A stretch of DNA of 63,938 nucleotides, filler included, from Folioceros fuciformis (taxonomy: Eukaryota), in the NCBI GenBank assembly GCA_049999805.1. It is 6 parts of 6 records of this genome, joined end to end, with 100 filler letters (N's around TTAATTAATTAA, not from the genome) between each part and the next. Parts side by side here need not be neighbours in the genome. Positions count along the whole stretch, not along the records: positions 26,827 to 50,034 come from JBNGIO010006112.1; positions 50,135 to 56,200 come from JBNGIO010006118.1; positions 56,301 to 59,661 come from JBNGIO010006120.1; 3 more parts are not named here. One strand, written 5' to 3'. Below the pieces are notes generated by a model, which ran no database searches, was not told the origin of the DNA, and worked only from the letters and a program-made list of their open reading frames with translations. Positions within the stretch are counted from its first letter, which is position 1, and each line of letters starts with the position of its first letter. This document shows, in pieces, positions 47,930 through 59,761 of the stretch. A program made the translations under genes and the position numbers.

Positions 47930-49202
47930 ATGTCGTCGGCGGACGGAAAGCTCCTGCCGGGCCTGCCGGACGATCTCGCCTGCCTGTGCCTGGCCGGGGT
48001 GCCGCTCTGGGAGCAGGCGCGGCTGAAGGGCGTGTCCAAGGCGTGGAGGGAATGTCTTAGCGCTCGCTTCCTGCTGGAAGTGCGCGCCCGGACCGGGAAG
48101 CAGGAAGAGTTCCTGTGCGTGTTCCGGGACGCGCTTGCACATGACACGAGAACAAAAAAAAAAAAAAAAAAAAAAAGGCCCCTGCCGCCCATGCCCTGCG
48201 ACCCCTACAGCTACGGGCTCACCAACTTCGAGTGCGTGGCCGTGGGCTCGGCGTTGCTGGTGATCGGGGGAGCCCGCTTCGACGCGCGCTCCTACCCGAT
48301 GGAGCGGCCCCTGGCCTCCGCCGCCTGTTTCCGCCTCGACACGCTCACGCGCTGGCAGCGGGTAGCGGACATGCCTACCCCGAGGGGATCCTTCGCCTGC
48401 GCTGCTGCCCAGGACCAGCAGTCCGTGCTAGTGGCCGGCGGGGGGGATCGCCATGCGCAGTTCGCGGCGGGCGGATCCCGCACCACCGCAGTCGAGAGGT
48501 ACCTGGTCCGGGAGGATCGCTGGCAGCGGCTCTCTGGGCTCAGCCGCATCCGGGCCGGGTGCTCCGGATTCTTCCTCCGAGGCCGCTTCTATGTTATGGG
48601 CGGGTACGGGGACTCCAAGACCATTGCCGGGGTGCTGCCCGTAGACGAGTTCTACTCCGATGGCGAGGTGCTGGATCCCGGCACCGGGACCTGGACCCCC
48701 CTGGAGCCCATGTGGGAGGAGGGCGAGAGGACGCGATTGGGGAAGCTTGCCCTGCTCCGGGACCAGCTCTACATGCTGGACGGTGCGGCCATCTTCAGGT
48801 TGCATCCCCTTCCTCATCCTGCAACGATGCCAGTTGCTCTCCACCCGTCCTATCACCCAATTCGATTCCTGTGCTGAAGGCATCCTTTTTCTTCGTATTT
48901 TGGCACGCAGGTACGATGTGGACGACAATAGATGGTTCTTGGAGTCCCAGCTGCCTGACAGCATGCTGCTAGCGGACGCAAGCCGGAGGCTGGTGGCCTT
49001 GGATGGGGAGCTCTATGTCATCCCCGGGAGCGCGCCCGTGTATAGGGAAGGGGCCGGCAGGAAGAAGGGGGTGATGGTGTTTCAGGTTTACGATCCCAGG
49101 AGCCGGAGCTGGAGGATGGTGCCTACCAGAAGGCCTCTGACGCATTCGCAGGGCACCAACAGCAGCGCGCCCTTGGGAGCCATGTGCGCCATCCGCCTCT
49201 GA
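47930..49202 (+). CDS. OR23: F-box/kelch-repeat protein, OR23-like; 2 exons (47930-48798, 48911-49202)
   Basis: F-box LLPGLPDDLACLCLA; kelch motifs FDARSYP, PRGSFACAA, VMGGYGDSKTIAGVLPVDEFY and MWEEGER. Confidence 0.85.
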
Positions 49203-49952
49203 CCTAATCTCACCTGTTTCTGCCTCTCCCTCTGCTTCACCGCAATTACTGCTCTCGCCCTCCCTGCTTGCCCTCGGGACCGCATTTCCTGTCTCCATAT
49301 GCGGCGGGCATGGATTGGGCGTGCTGGATGTGTGTGTTTGCATGTTCTGTGCCGTCCTTCCTCCTCCTTCTCTGTACATAGGGTGTGTCCGATGTTAGTT
49401 TCTGGCAGCAGGCTAGCTATTGCTACCGCTTCCCCAAGAATGACACTTGCTATGTTGTACATTATAGCCGCCTTTATCTCAACCAGTCCAAACGTTGGAA
49501 GGAAGAGCACCTATGTGCTTGTGCTCCACGTCAAGCCATATCTCCGATCGCTGGAGTCAAAGCAAGGGAGGCTGTGCTTGTGTTCCACATCGACCTCTAT
49601 CTCTGAAATCTGGAGACGCCGTGCTTGTATCTCCCAAAACATGCTGTGCTTGTATTCCACACACAGCTTTGACAGGTCCTTCTGTCTATTATCTGAACTG
49701 GCTCTGCACCGCTGTTTGCAACCAAAATTGGATTCAATTCCAGCTCCAGTCTTATGGATGCCTTTCGAAAGCATGACGCCGAGCTGGGCTGGTGGGTCTC
49801 ACGAATTCTCCACGCTGCTTCCCTTTCCCGACAAGGACGTGAAGCAAACGCTATGCCCTGCGCGCACTCAGACACTGCCCGCGTGAGTTTGAAGTCGTTG
49901 TTTGACCGTCTCGTCTGGTGGCGGTCTTGTTGTTAGCCAATGACCGACCCGG

Positions 49953-50021
49953 GCCTGGGTTGGATGGGAATAGAATACTACAGTCCACCTGGGTTGGATG
50001 GGAACAGAATACTACAGTCCA
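49953..50021. repeat. 34-bp direct repeat x2 at the scaffold end
   Basis: CCTGGGTTGGATGGGAAYAGAATACTACAGTCCA occurs twice in tandem. Confidence 0.8.
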
Positions 50022-50134
50022 CCCTCCCTAAATGNNNNNNNNNNNNNNNNNNNNNNNNNNNNNNNNNNNNNNNNNNNNTTAATTAATTAANNNNNNNNNN
50101 NNNNNNNNNNNNNNNNNNNNNNNNNNNNNNNNNN

Positions 50135-52406
50135 TACTCCTTGCCACTTAAAGATTTGGGCAGAGGGCCACAAACGTCGCTGTGCACTAACTCCAGAGGT
50201 GCTATGGCCCTGGCAGGTGCATCAGTAGGAAAGGGGGTCCTTTTGTGCTTGCCGAGAACACAGGACTCACAAACACCAAAATCCTTGAGTTGGTCAAGGG
50301 TAAGCCCGTCCACCATTCGTGCCTTGTACATGCGCACGAGCTTCCTAAAATTTGCATGACCCAAGAGCAGGTGCCAAAGATAGGTTTGAGATGGCTGAGC
50401 TAAATGTGAGGAGGAATTAACAGCATGGGCTTGTGCTGTTTGCAGGTCCAGGTGGTAGAGGTCATCATTCTTCAGATGACCTGTTGCTAATAGGGAACCT
50501 TCTGGAGACTCCACAACACACCGACCTCCTCCAAAACATATGAAACAGCCAGATTCGTCGATCTTTCGAACCGAGACCAAATTCTTGGTCAATCCTAGTA
50601 CATACAACACATTCGGGATCTCCACATGTTGTGATGGCTTCAGGTCAAGTCTAATGGTACTCTGACCTGCTATTTTATGTTTGGTATCGTCCCCCAGGCA
50701 AACATATTCAGCAAGCGAACTCTCCCTTATTTCAACAAAATAAGCTGAGTGTGGAGTCATGTGCTGAGAAGCACCAATGTCAATATACCAAGTGTCTGCA
50801 GGCTGGTTTGCAAAACATGAAACTACATGGCAGTGATGAAGGATCTCCTTGAGAGGAGCAGACTGTGCTCCAACGGTATGTGTAAGAAATGCCCTGCTGT
50901 ACTTGCTCATCGTAGCAGCCAAATGGCCTGAGGGTTGTCCACCTTCTGTGGACAGTCGCTTGCAACATACCTCCCACGTGTGGTTCGTCATGCCACAGAA
51001 ACCGCATGGAGGCCTTGGCCTGTTGCTGCCAGCATTCTGAGGTCTAAAACCTCCTCGGCCACCTCGGCCACTTCTTCCTCTGGAGAATGGACGGCCTCTG
51101 CCTCGTCCTCGTGCAGGCTTGTTCAGGTACAACGCCTTGTCATGAAAACTTGTGATAGATGTGTTTGCAATTTTCCGCCTGGATTCCTCGATCAACATAG
51201 CTGCGATGACCCGATTCACTGTGAGTGTAGATACGTCTTGGAGGGCATGGACAACGAACGCTTGACCAGGAGTCTGGCAGCGTTGTAAGGAAGAAGACTG
51301 CCATAAATTCTTCTTCCAGAAAGAAGCCTGCTGATTGCATTTTGCCTCTCCAGGTACGAAACTCAAGGACATGTTTGTCCACAGGGTCACCATCTGACAT
51401 CTTGAGCCCAGTAAATTGCTTGAGGACGTAAGTTTGTAGCATTAGGTCACGGGAATCATAGACCATCAGGACTTATCTCCACCACTCTGCTACTATTTCC
51501 TCTGCCCCTTGGAAGGCATCAATATGTGTACTCTTCACGCTAAAATGCAGAAGCGTCCTTGCCAACTGGTCGTCCTCCTCCCACTTAGCAAGAGCATCAG
51601 GGTTTGTTGCAACTGGCTTAGGGCACTTCTACTTCACGGATGTCGTATTCTTCTCTGATGTAATAGGAAATATGAGCAGCATACTGATGTAGTAAGGCTG
51701 CTTCTGGCTGTTCAGGTTGTCTTAAAAACAGGTTGCGAAGGTAACCGTGAAGTAGAGAATATATGATAGCTACTGATGCAGGCATATACAAATTAAATGT
51801 ACAGAAGCTCAAGGTTAGCATCTTGTCATACTAGATCTGAGACGTCAAAAAAAAAAGTGCTCCAGTCGTATCCATCCAGGNNNNNNNNNNNNNNNNNNNN
51901 NNNNNNNNNNNNNNNNNNNNNNNNNNNNNNNNNNNNNNNNNNNNNNNNNNNNNNNNNNNNNNNNNNNNNNNNNNNNNNNNGCTCCAGGATTATGCTGATC
52001 TTGGACCACACTTGCTGTGCGATTGGGGCCAAGGGAGCGGAGGTATTCTTCGTCCCTAGCCTTTAGCCAATCTTGTAAGCTTTGCTGACGGTGCACCCTC
52101 CTTGCTAATCGTTCTCTCTTCCTAAGGCCGGGCATGTCTGTTGCTAACACACAGATTTGAGTGCATTCTTGCAGGTGAAGATACCTGAAGGCACTTGCAC
52201 GCAAAGGAGTCATTGCAGCAGAGATACGCCTGTCCAGTAGATCAGAAGCAGGAACGCTTTAGCAGGGAAAGTAGAACGAATAAAGTGCAGGCCATACAAA
52301 CTGCCGCAAGAAACTCGCCAGAAAAACGAGAAAATGCTGGCAATCCATAAATGCGTGCACGGGGAGTGCATGCGCGCATCAGATCGCACTCAGTGCTCTG
52401 ATACCA
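50135..52406 (-). mobile_element. Ty1/Copia LTR retrotransposon 5' part (PBS, gag, protease, GAG-pre-integrase, start of integrase), degenerate
   Basis: PBS TGGTATCAGAGC at 52406-52395; gag KWEEDDQLA...TTLPDSWS with a stop and a frameshift; WYIDIGASQHM; LWHLLLGH...CESCVLGK; LVHSDVCGP. Confidence 0.9.
52395..52406 (-). promoter_or_regulatory. Primer-binding site complementary to the 3' end of initiator tRNA-Met
   Basis: The minus strand reads TGGTATCAGAGC upstream of the Copia gag. Confidence 0.85.
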
Positions 52407-52783
52407 TCTCAACGAGGGATGCGCTTAGCAAGCTTGTATTGCATAATACGTTTACAGTGGCGTCACGTGAATGTGACTCCTAGTGAAGGTTATTATAAAT
52501 AACTGTCTCTACTACTAACCCTAATGTCTGGAAAATGTATTTAAATATGACGATGAGTATACCTAACTCTATACTCACTAACAAGATGCACTTTTGGAGA
52601 TTGGAGGTTTTTCATTGCTACGAATTCAGATACATATATAGGAGACAGGGACAAGCCAAGAAGTTTGTGTCCCTTGTCCAACAACTTGATTTGTTGGATC
52701 GTTGACTATTCGTTGAAGTTAAAGTTATTTCCTAAGCTAGATACTTATCCCTGCCTAGTTACTTGTTAATCTAGGTTTAAAAT

Positions 52784-52861
52784 TATCTAATTACATTTTG
52801 TCTAACAGCTATCTAATTATGTTTCGTCTAATGGCTATCTAATTACGTTTTATCTAACAGC
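52784..52861. repeat. 26-bp tandem repeat x3 (TATCTAATTACATTTTGTCTAACAGC-like), in or near the presumed LTR
   Basis: Units start at 52784, 52810 and 52836. Confidence 0.75.
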
Positions 52862-55296
52862 CATCTTCTATCTGGCTATCTATCACGTTACAAAGTCACT
52901 CTAGGTACCTTCTGGGTCGGTTCCCGCTGTCTCGTCTGGCTATAGCTGGAGGCGGCTTCGTTCTCGGTGGCTTCACACGCAAACTGGCCATCGTTGCGTG
53001 TGTGTCATGAAGGGGAGCCCTCAAATCCATCATCAAGTTGATTAAGTCTGACCTTCCATCCATAACAGCAAGGAACCCCATCGCTCTTTCGTGGAAACGA
53101 AACCCGATGTCTCAACGATAGTGGGATAAGTGTGGACACTAAAGGTCGAACCCTTTAGCAAACAATAGCCCGGGGCTTTGCCACTACAATATTTTATATA
53201 TAGTTAATAAAGCATCTACATGATACAAGATGCTTCCGCAAATGCATCTCTAACTTGGTACCTTAATGGCTTTGTTGTTAGTTTTCTTCTCTAATCAACT
53301 TAGGAAGTGAAGCTAGCAACTTCATACCTATTTAATTGATGAAAATGCATTTAGATAGGCATTTTTCATAATAGATTATCATCTACATCATAGGTAGCAT
53401 TCTGCTAGTTTTACAATCATGTAGAAACTCATGTTGCTCATCATACCATTGCTAATTGAAAATAATTAGCTCATAGCCTTCTAATTAAATAAATTATCAT
53501 AGCTACTTTATTGATTAGTCCAATTTTTATCAAACCAAACCAAATTTTCTAAATTAATTGGTTATGGCTAGCCACCCTTCTAATTCGTGTGGTCCTATAA
53601 GGCCTAGTCATTGGGCCTCTTATAGGTTAATTTTGCTTAATATTAGCATCATTGTTGTTTTCATTCTTTTAAGCAATCTACCTATTTTAGCTTTTGCTTT
53701 TAGCCTCTTAATCGTCAAGCACAAGCACTATGGGTTGGAAAAAATGATGCAACCATGCCAAGGCAAGGAGGAAGCACAATCAAGCAGCCCATTCATGTTT
53801 GTCAAATCGCAATTTTTCTCAAGGTTTTAGATTATTATCGGCACCCAAGCGTCTACTTCACCTTGGATCTTCCTTAGCTTATGTGCTTACGATAATGCTG
53901 CAAGAGCATGATTGGAGACCTACATCCCATGGATCACTTGATATGGAAGCCAAATCCATGATCTGAGCCCCAAATCCGACATGGAATTCTCAATTTTTAG
54001 CAAGGAGCACTAGTCAACCATGATCCAATTCTAGCAACACACATATGCTTTAATGTCGTGGAGATTTGTCAACGAGTGACCGCACCCAGTGGCATCTTAT
54101 CTCTGCTCTTCATCTACCACAAAATTGTAGCCAGTTTGATGGATTTTGCTGCGAGAAAGAGGCACATTTCTACATTGGATGCAAGATTTGCTAAGGCAAG
54201 GGGACAATCAAAGGCGCACAATTGGGAGGAGGGATGCCATCATAGGGCGCCCACATTCCACCAGGTTCGCATGAGGTCTATCAAGCGGCACATGAGTAGC
54301 TAACCAAATTCCAACGGGAGCAACCGTGTGCACCCCTTCCTCCCACAACGTGCAAGTGGAGGCAAGTTGGGCACACGCAGCAATTTGTGAGGTGACATGG
54401 GAATGTTTCGACCCAAGCCAACTTAAATTATTTTAAGTTGGCCCTAGGGTATGAAACGTTGGCCCATAAATTCATTAATCTAGGGACACCCATCCAGCGA
54501 AAAGGTGTGCTATTAGACTCAACAGGTGCACCTTTTCCATCACCGAATGTGACTTCTCACTTGTTGCTGGTGCCCCTTCACTCGATAAAGGATCCCCATG
54601 GCTCTCACCAAGCCCAATTTCTCGGCCACATTGTAGGTTCAAGCACTTTGCTTTATGAAGTAACACCTTGCTAGCTAGCCTTGTGTCCTAAGCCCCTACC
54701 ACATGTACCACAATTCGTTGCTTCTGGTGGTGATCTGAGCTTTCATCCATGACGGTGACAACTTGTGCATTGTGTGCCACCACCACAAGTCTTTGTACAA
54801 GCTGATCAACTTCTAGGTGTGACATTAGAGACCAAGCAAGAGGAAGACACTCTTGTTTTCGAGAATATGGGGACAACTTACAAGGAATTCAAACTCTTTG
54901 AGGCACAAGCAAGAGCTACAGCATAGGAGCAATGTACTCAACAATATCAAGCTCTCCGACATTCAATCATGCAAATCAACACTGATTTGATTTCTGTTGC
55001 TAACAAGGTTTGTCGAATTGAATCCACTTTTGATCCTATCAATCACATTAACACTGAACTTGATATTGGGCCCTCTCAACTTGTGTTGTGAGTGTGGTAA
55101 GGTTATTGTTAGTAGTACATCTCTATATATATTTACAAGCTTGGTTATTGATGCAAATTCTTGGTTTTGTGTCACAACACAAAGTCAGCTTTTTATCAAT
55201 AATTACAAGTATTCTGAAGATGGCTATTTCACCACCTACACCACCGACACCGGCACCTTCTCTTCCTTCTCTAATGATTAATGTTATGAATGTGAG

Positions 55297-55600
55297 TACG
55301 AATTTAAGGTGAAAGACCGTTTTGACGGCACCAAATGCAAAGTTTGGTCTAAGTGGATAAAGATTGCTATAAAGGCTCAAGATATGCTTGCCATCGTTGA
55401 TAGCTCTCTCCCAAAACCACTTGGACCTTCACTTGCTCTGGACTCATGGACAAGGCAAGACAGATAGGCTATGCCCATGCTTATTTTTGGCCTGGACGAA
55501 GTCACTCTGCATCATACCAATGGTGCCCTCACTTCAGCAAAAGCTTGGAGGTAGATCACAGATATTTACCAATCCTCCAACATAACGACCACTACTACGA
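55297..55600 (+). pseudogene. Degenerate Copia gag N-terminal fragment
   Basis: Manual translation YEFKVKDRFDGTKCKVWSKWIKIAIKAQDMLAIVD...SWTRQDR*AMPMLIFGL...SAKAWR* aligns by eye with the gag at 59819 (FEFREKDRFAGKDFEIWS...WEKDDRKARALL...TAKEAW). Confidence 0.7.
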
Positions 55601-55812
55601 AAAGGGTGCTTCTGTGACACTCGTGATATGAAAGGCACATTGTCGAGGTTTCATGTCATACATTTAACAAACCACCCAATAAGTATGAAATTAGGCATAT
55701 AGGTTTGCCTCCTACTCTAGACCAATCCTCTTGTATGTCATTTACCTGTCACAATGAACTTCTGACGCAACTGTGGAGAGTTGGACAAGATAGGGAGCGT
55801 ATGGATGCTCGT

Positions 55813-55992
55813 CTTGGAGAGAGCGCGCTAGCCGTCAATTGGGGAGAGAGTACGCTGGCTCTTGGTTGGGGAGATGGTGCGGTGGCCATTGGTTGGGGAG
55901 AGAGTGCAGTGGCTCTCAGCTAGGAAGATAGTTGCGGTGGTCGTCAGTTGGGGAGCCAATGCGGTGGCATTCCGCTAGGGAGAGAGTGTAGT
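55813..55992. repeat. Degenerate 27-bp tandem repeat (~6-7 copies, TTGGGGAGAGAGTGCGGTGGC core)
   Basis: A periodic GGGGAGA..TGCGGTGG core; the plus frame gives WGESxxAxx repeats. Confidence 0.7.
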
Positions 55993-56300
55993 CAAATAAG
56001 AGTGGGTAGAGACAGCAACGCCAAGGGTCAGAAAGTGCTAGGTTGTCGCTGGAACATTATAGAAGGGAGCGCAATTACCCGCCATTGTCCCTACACTATA
56101 CCATTGTGGTGGACCTTTCCCACCCTAGTTCCTCTCCTTACCCTTGTTAAGAGTGATTAGTGCTAAGAGTAATTAGTGATAATCCAGCTTATTGAGTTTG
56201 NNNNNNNNNNNNNNNNNNNNNNNNNNNNNNNNNNNNNNNNNNNNTTAATTAATTAANNNNNNNNNNNNNNNNNNNNNNNNNNNNNNNNNNNNNNNNNNNN

Positions 56301-59300
56301 CCTGGCGAGAAGAGGGAATTCAAATTGTTTAAGAATCCATTCTTTTCTCCCAATTTGCAACCGATTAAATTATTTACGACTAAAGATACTCGCAGCATTT
56401 CAAGGGACAATATACCACACAGTGAGAGATCTTTTTCACAAATTGAAGAAGTATCTTCTCCAGAATCCGAAGAAGTAGTTTCTCCGACAGTATCATTGGA
56501 CAAACCGATGGCGGGATTTGGCACAGGATTTGAAGCTCCAAGACCGGAGATGGCACCAGCAGTCCCAATTGCCGTTCAAATGGGAGCTGCCGGTGATCGC
56601 ACTACGAGCGTTGCGCCGCTACCTACGTTTAGCGGATGGCCTGGAGCTGATCCCGATCAACATATATCACAATTTTTGACAGCTTGTATTGCTAATAATG
56701 CACGTACTGAGGATATTTGGTTGAGATGGTTACCTGCAACCTTTAAGGATACAGCTTTTGAGTGGTATAACCGGCAACCTCTTGGTCAATTTCCAAATTG
56801 GGTGGCTTTAAAAGATGCTTTTCTGAGCCATTTTCGACCAATTGGATATGAAGATCGGTTACGGGAAAGATTAATGAACAGCCGGATGATACCAGGTGAG
56901 GCGGTTGAATCGTACTATGGGAGAGTTGCTGATATACTTCGTCGATGGCCCAATAATGCGATGCCAGAGCCTTTTGTATTATCTATATTGCTAAATGGAC
57001 TCTATCCACCTGAATTAAAAATGTTTGTGAAAGAGAGTCAGCCCGCAACCATAGCCTTGTCTTTGGCTCGTGCCAAAGTTTGGGAAGAATGTCATTATGA
57101 CCAAGTATTGAATCCTGGACCTACCCTGATCCCGGTCCAGACTGCTTACCAATTGCCAAATTGGTCTGATGTACCTAGTAGTTATCCGCGAATAACTGCA
57201 CCAATAACCAATTCCAGTTCCAATGTGCCGGGTATAATAAACGTGGCACCGTTGCAATCTTTGCCACCATTGGCGGCGGCAACCAATTCTTCTAATTTGA
57301 AGGATCCTAATGAATTGTTGTTATTGAATTTAACTAAGAAAATGGAAGAACTGGTTGTGAATATGGCAAAGGATAAGGATAAGCGCCCGAAACAGACCAA
57401 TTTCCGACCCAATGTTTGGTGTAATAATTGTAAGGGTCAAGGCCACATGGCACCAGAATGTCCATCGCCTTCTAATATGAAGACACAATGTACCCATTGC
57501 GGAGGTAAGCATGCTGCCGCGAATTGTTGGCATCTGTTAAACCAGCAACAGTTCGGAAATCAAACGATGATTCAACCATCACAATGGGATGTGAATCAAA
57601 TTCAAGGACAACGAAATTATTGGAATGGGAATCGGTCGAATAACCGCAATTTTAATTCAAGTTATGCACCCAATCCACCGGGTTATATATGTGATCCTAA
57701 CTCTTACCAAAATCCATCTCAAATATTAAAAGCGGAACGTCCGACGGGGCAACCTGGATCTTTCACGACTCCTACTTGGAATACGCCAAGTCGTTATATA
57801 CCGGTAAACACACCAGCTGCTCAGGATAGTGGTGGCCGTCGACCGGTACGATGTTTTCGTTGTCGACAATGGGGTCATTATGCAAGCGACTGCCCCAATC
57901 CGAAGGCTTCGGATGATTATGCTCCAATTTGTGGAAATTGTAAGCAATCAGGTCATACGTACCGAGAATGCAATGCGCCGTTTAACCCCAATAATCGTGA
58001 TCAGCAAATGCAAATGAATGTTCAGACTGAAGTTCAGGGAAAAGGTCAGCAAGATTCACCGGTTCATCGCGTAGAGATTGTCCAGGCCGTGGAAACAAGG
58101 GGCCAGAAGAATAACAAGGAGAATTTGACCGCGGTGTCCAATTCGGGAATTGGACAAGTAACCAATCCCATTCCGGAGCAGCAGAGACCAATTCCGCAAT
58201 TGGCAGCACGTTCCGAATTGGGTATTCCCAATTCGGGAGGACCCAATTATCAACCGACATCCAGTTTCGATGTTCCCATTCGGCCAGTAACTGAACCGAC
58301 AGTACCAATATTGCCGCACCGTACTGGTGTGACCAATTCAGTTCCTGCAGTTCGACAACAAGGGCAAGGAGTTAAATTACCGACTGCGACTCGACATTCG
58401 AATTCGATGAGAGGAGATGCTCATCCACAAGGCGTGAAGGCCAAACCCATGAAGCGTAAACGAGCATTGGGAATTATGTCCAATATGGAACCGTATGATA
58501 TTTTAAAGGACATGGATAAAATCCAGCCTACAATTTCAATGAAGCAATTATTGGCTGTAGCCCCTGAGTGTCGTTCATCTTTAAATGCTTCTTTAATTCG
58601 GCGTAGGCAACGTAGTCGCGAAATACATGAGGTTAGTTTGAATCCCGATCCGGGAGCGCCAGTTATTGATGTTACAATTGACGGGGTTTTGATTCCCGGA
58701 GTTCAAGTGGATGGTGGCTCCAGTGTTAACTTGATGACTGCCAATACTATGGAATTATTGGGACTAACGAACTTGATACCCACTGAATTAATGTTGAGAA
58801 TGGCTGATCATAGTAGAGTTCGTCCCATGGGCTTATTAGTGAATGTTCATACTCTGATAGCGGGTATCAGTTATAAGATTGATTATGTGGTGTTTAAGTT
58901 ACAAAGCTCGACGTTGTCGTATCCAATTTTATTGGGTCGACCATGGTTGTTCCATGCAAAAGCACGGAATGATTGGGGACGTGGTACCTTGACCATTGGT
59001 AAGGGCAGTAACCGAATTGTGCTCCAGATGTATCCGGTTCATTATCATGGAGAATCGCAAGTTCCAAATACGGATTTTACGTCGGATGGCGATACCAATT
59101 ATGACGAAGATTCAGAGGACAGCGAGGTGATTGGTTCTTTATCACCAACTGTGAACCAATCTAAGCATTCCGGTATTATTTACCAATGTGGAGGACCAGG
59201 GGAATATTTATTATATCAGGAGGATACTGATAATTCAGATCATGCTTTGGCAACATGGATGAATAACTTTGATGTAAATCAAATTAGTGCTATGGAACCA

Positions 59301-59661
59301 GAATTGAGCAGTACTAATTTATCAGATTATATTACTGGTTCGGAGTCAGTCGTTCCACTTAAAGTATTGAACTCTGCCGAACCTGTATGTCAGGATCTTA
59401 ATTTGGGAGTTGATCCCATTCGGCAAGTTGTTAAGGTTTACCAAGGTATCCAGGGACAGGAATTGCAATTATGGACCGATTTCTTTAAATTTCATAAATC
59501 CTCATTCGCTTGGACCTACGCCGACTTGAAGGGTATCCCTGTTGAGATTGGGGAACATCACATCGTGTTAATGGAGGGAGCGGTACCAATTCGCCAACGT
59601 CAACATCGATTAAATCCGAAATATTCGTTAATGGTTAAAGAAGAATTGGATAAGCTTCTAC
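56301..59661 (+). mobile_element. Ty3/Gypsy retrotransposon gag-protease-RT(start) ORF, uninterrupted, cut off by the scaffold ends
   Basis: Retrotrans_gag (AFEWY...W..LKDAFL..F), four Cys/His knuckles, aspartic protease VDGGSSVN...ILLGRPWL, and the RT N-terminus FAWTYADLKG...PIRQRQHRLNP...VKEELDKLL directly after the protease (Gypsy domain order). Confidence 0.93.
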
Positions 59662-59761
59662 NNNNNNNNNNNNNNNNNNNNNNNNNNNNNNNNNNNNNNN
59701 NNNNNTTAATTAATTAANNNNNNNNNNNNNNNNNNNNNNNNNNNNNNNNNNNNNNNNNNNN

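Noticed and set aside
54840..55281. Possible env-like or coiled-coil coding remnant upstream of the gag fragment
   Set aside because: It is interrupted by stops and has no motif I can identify.
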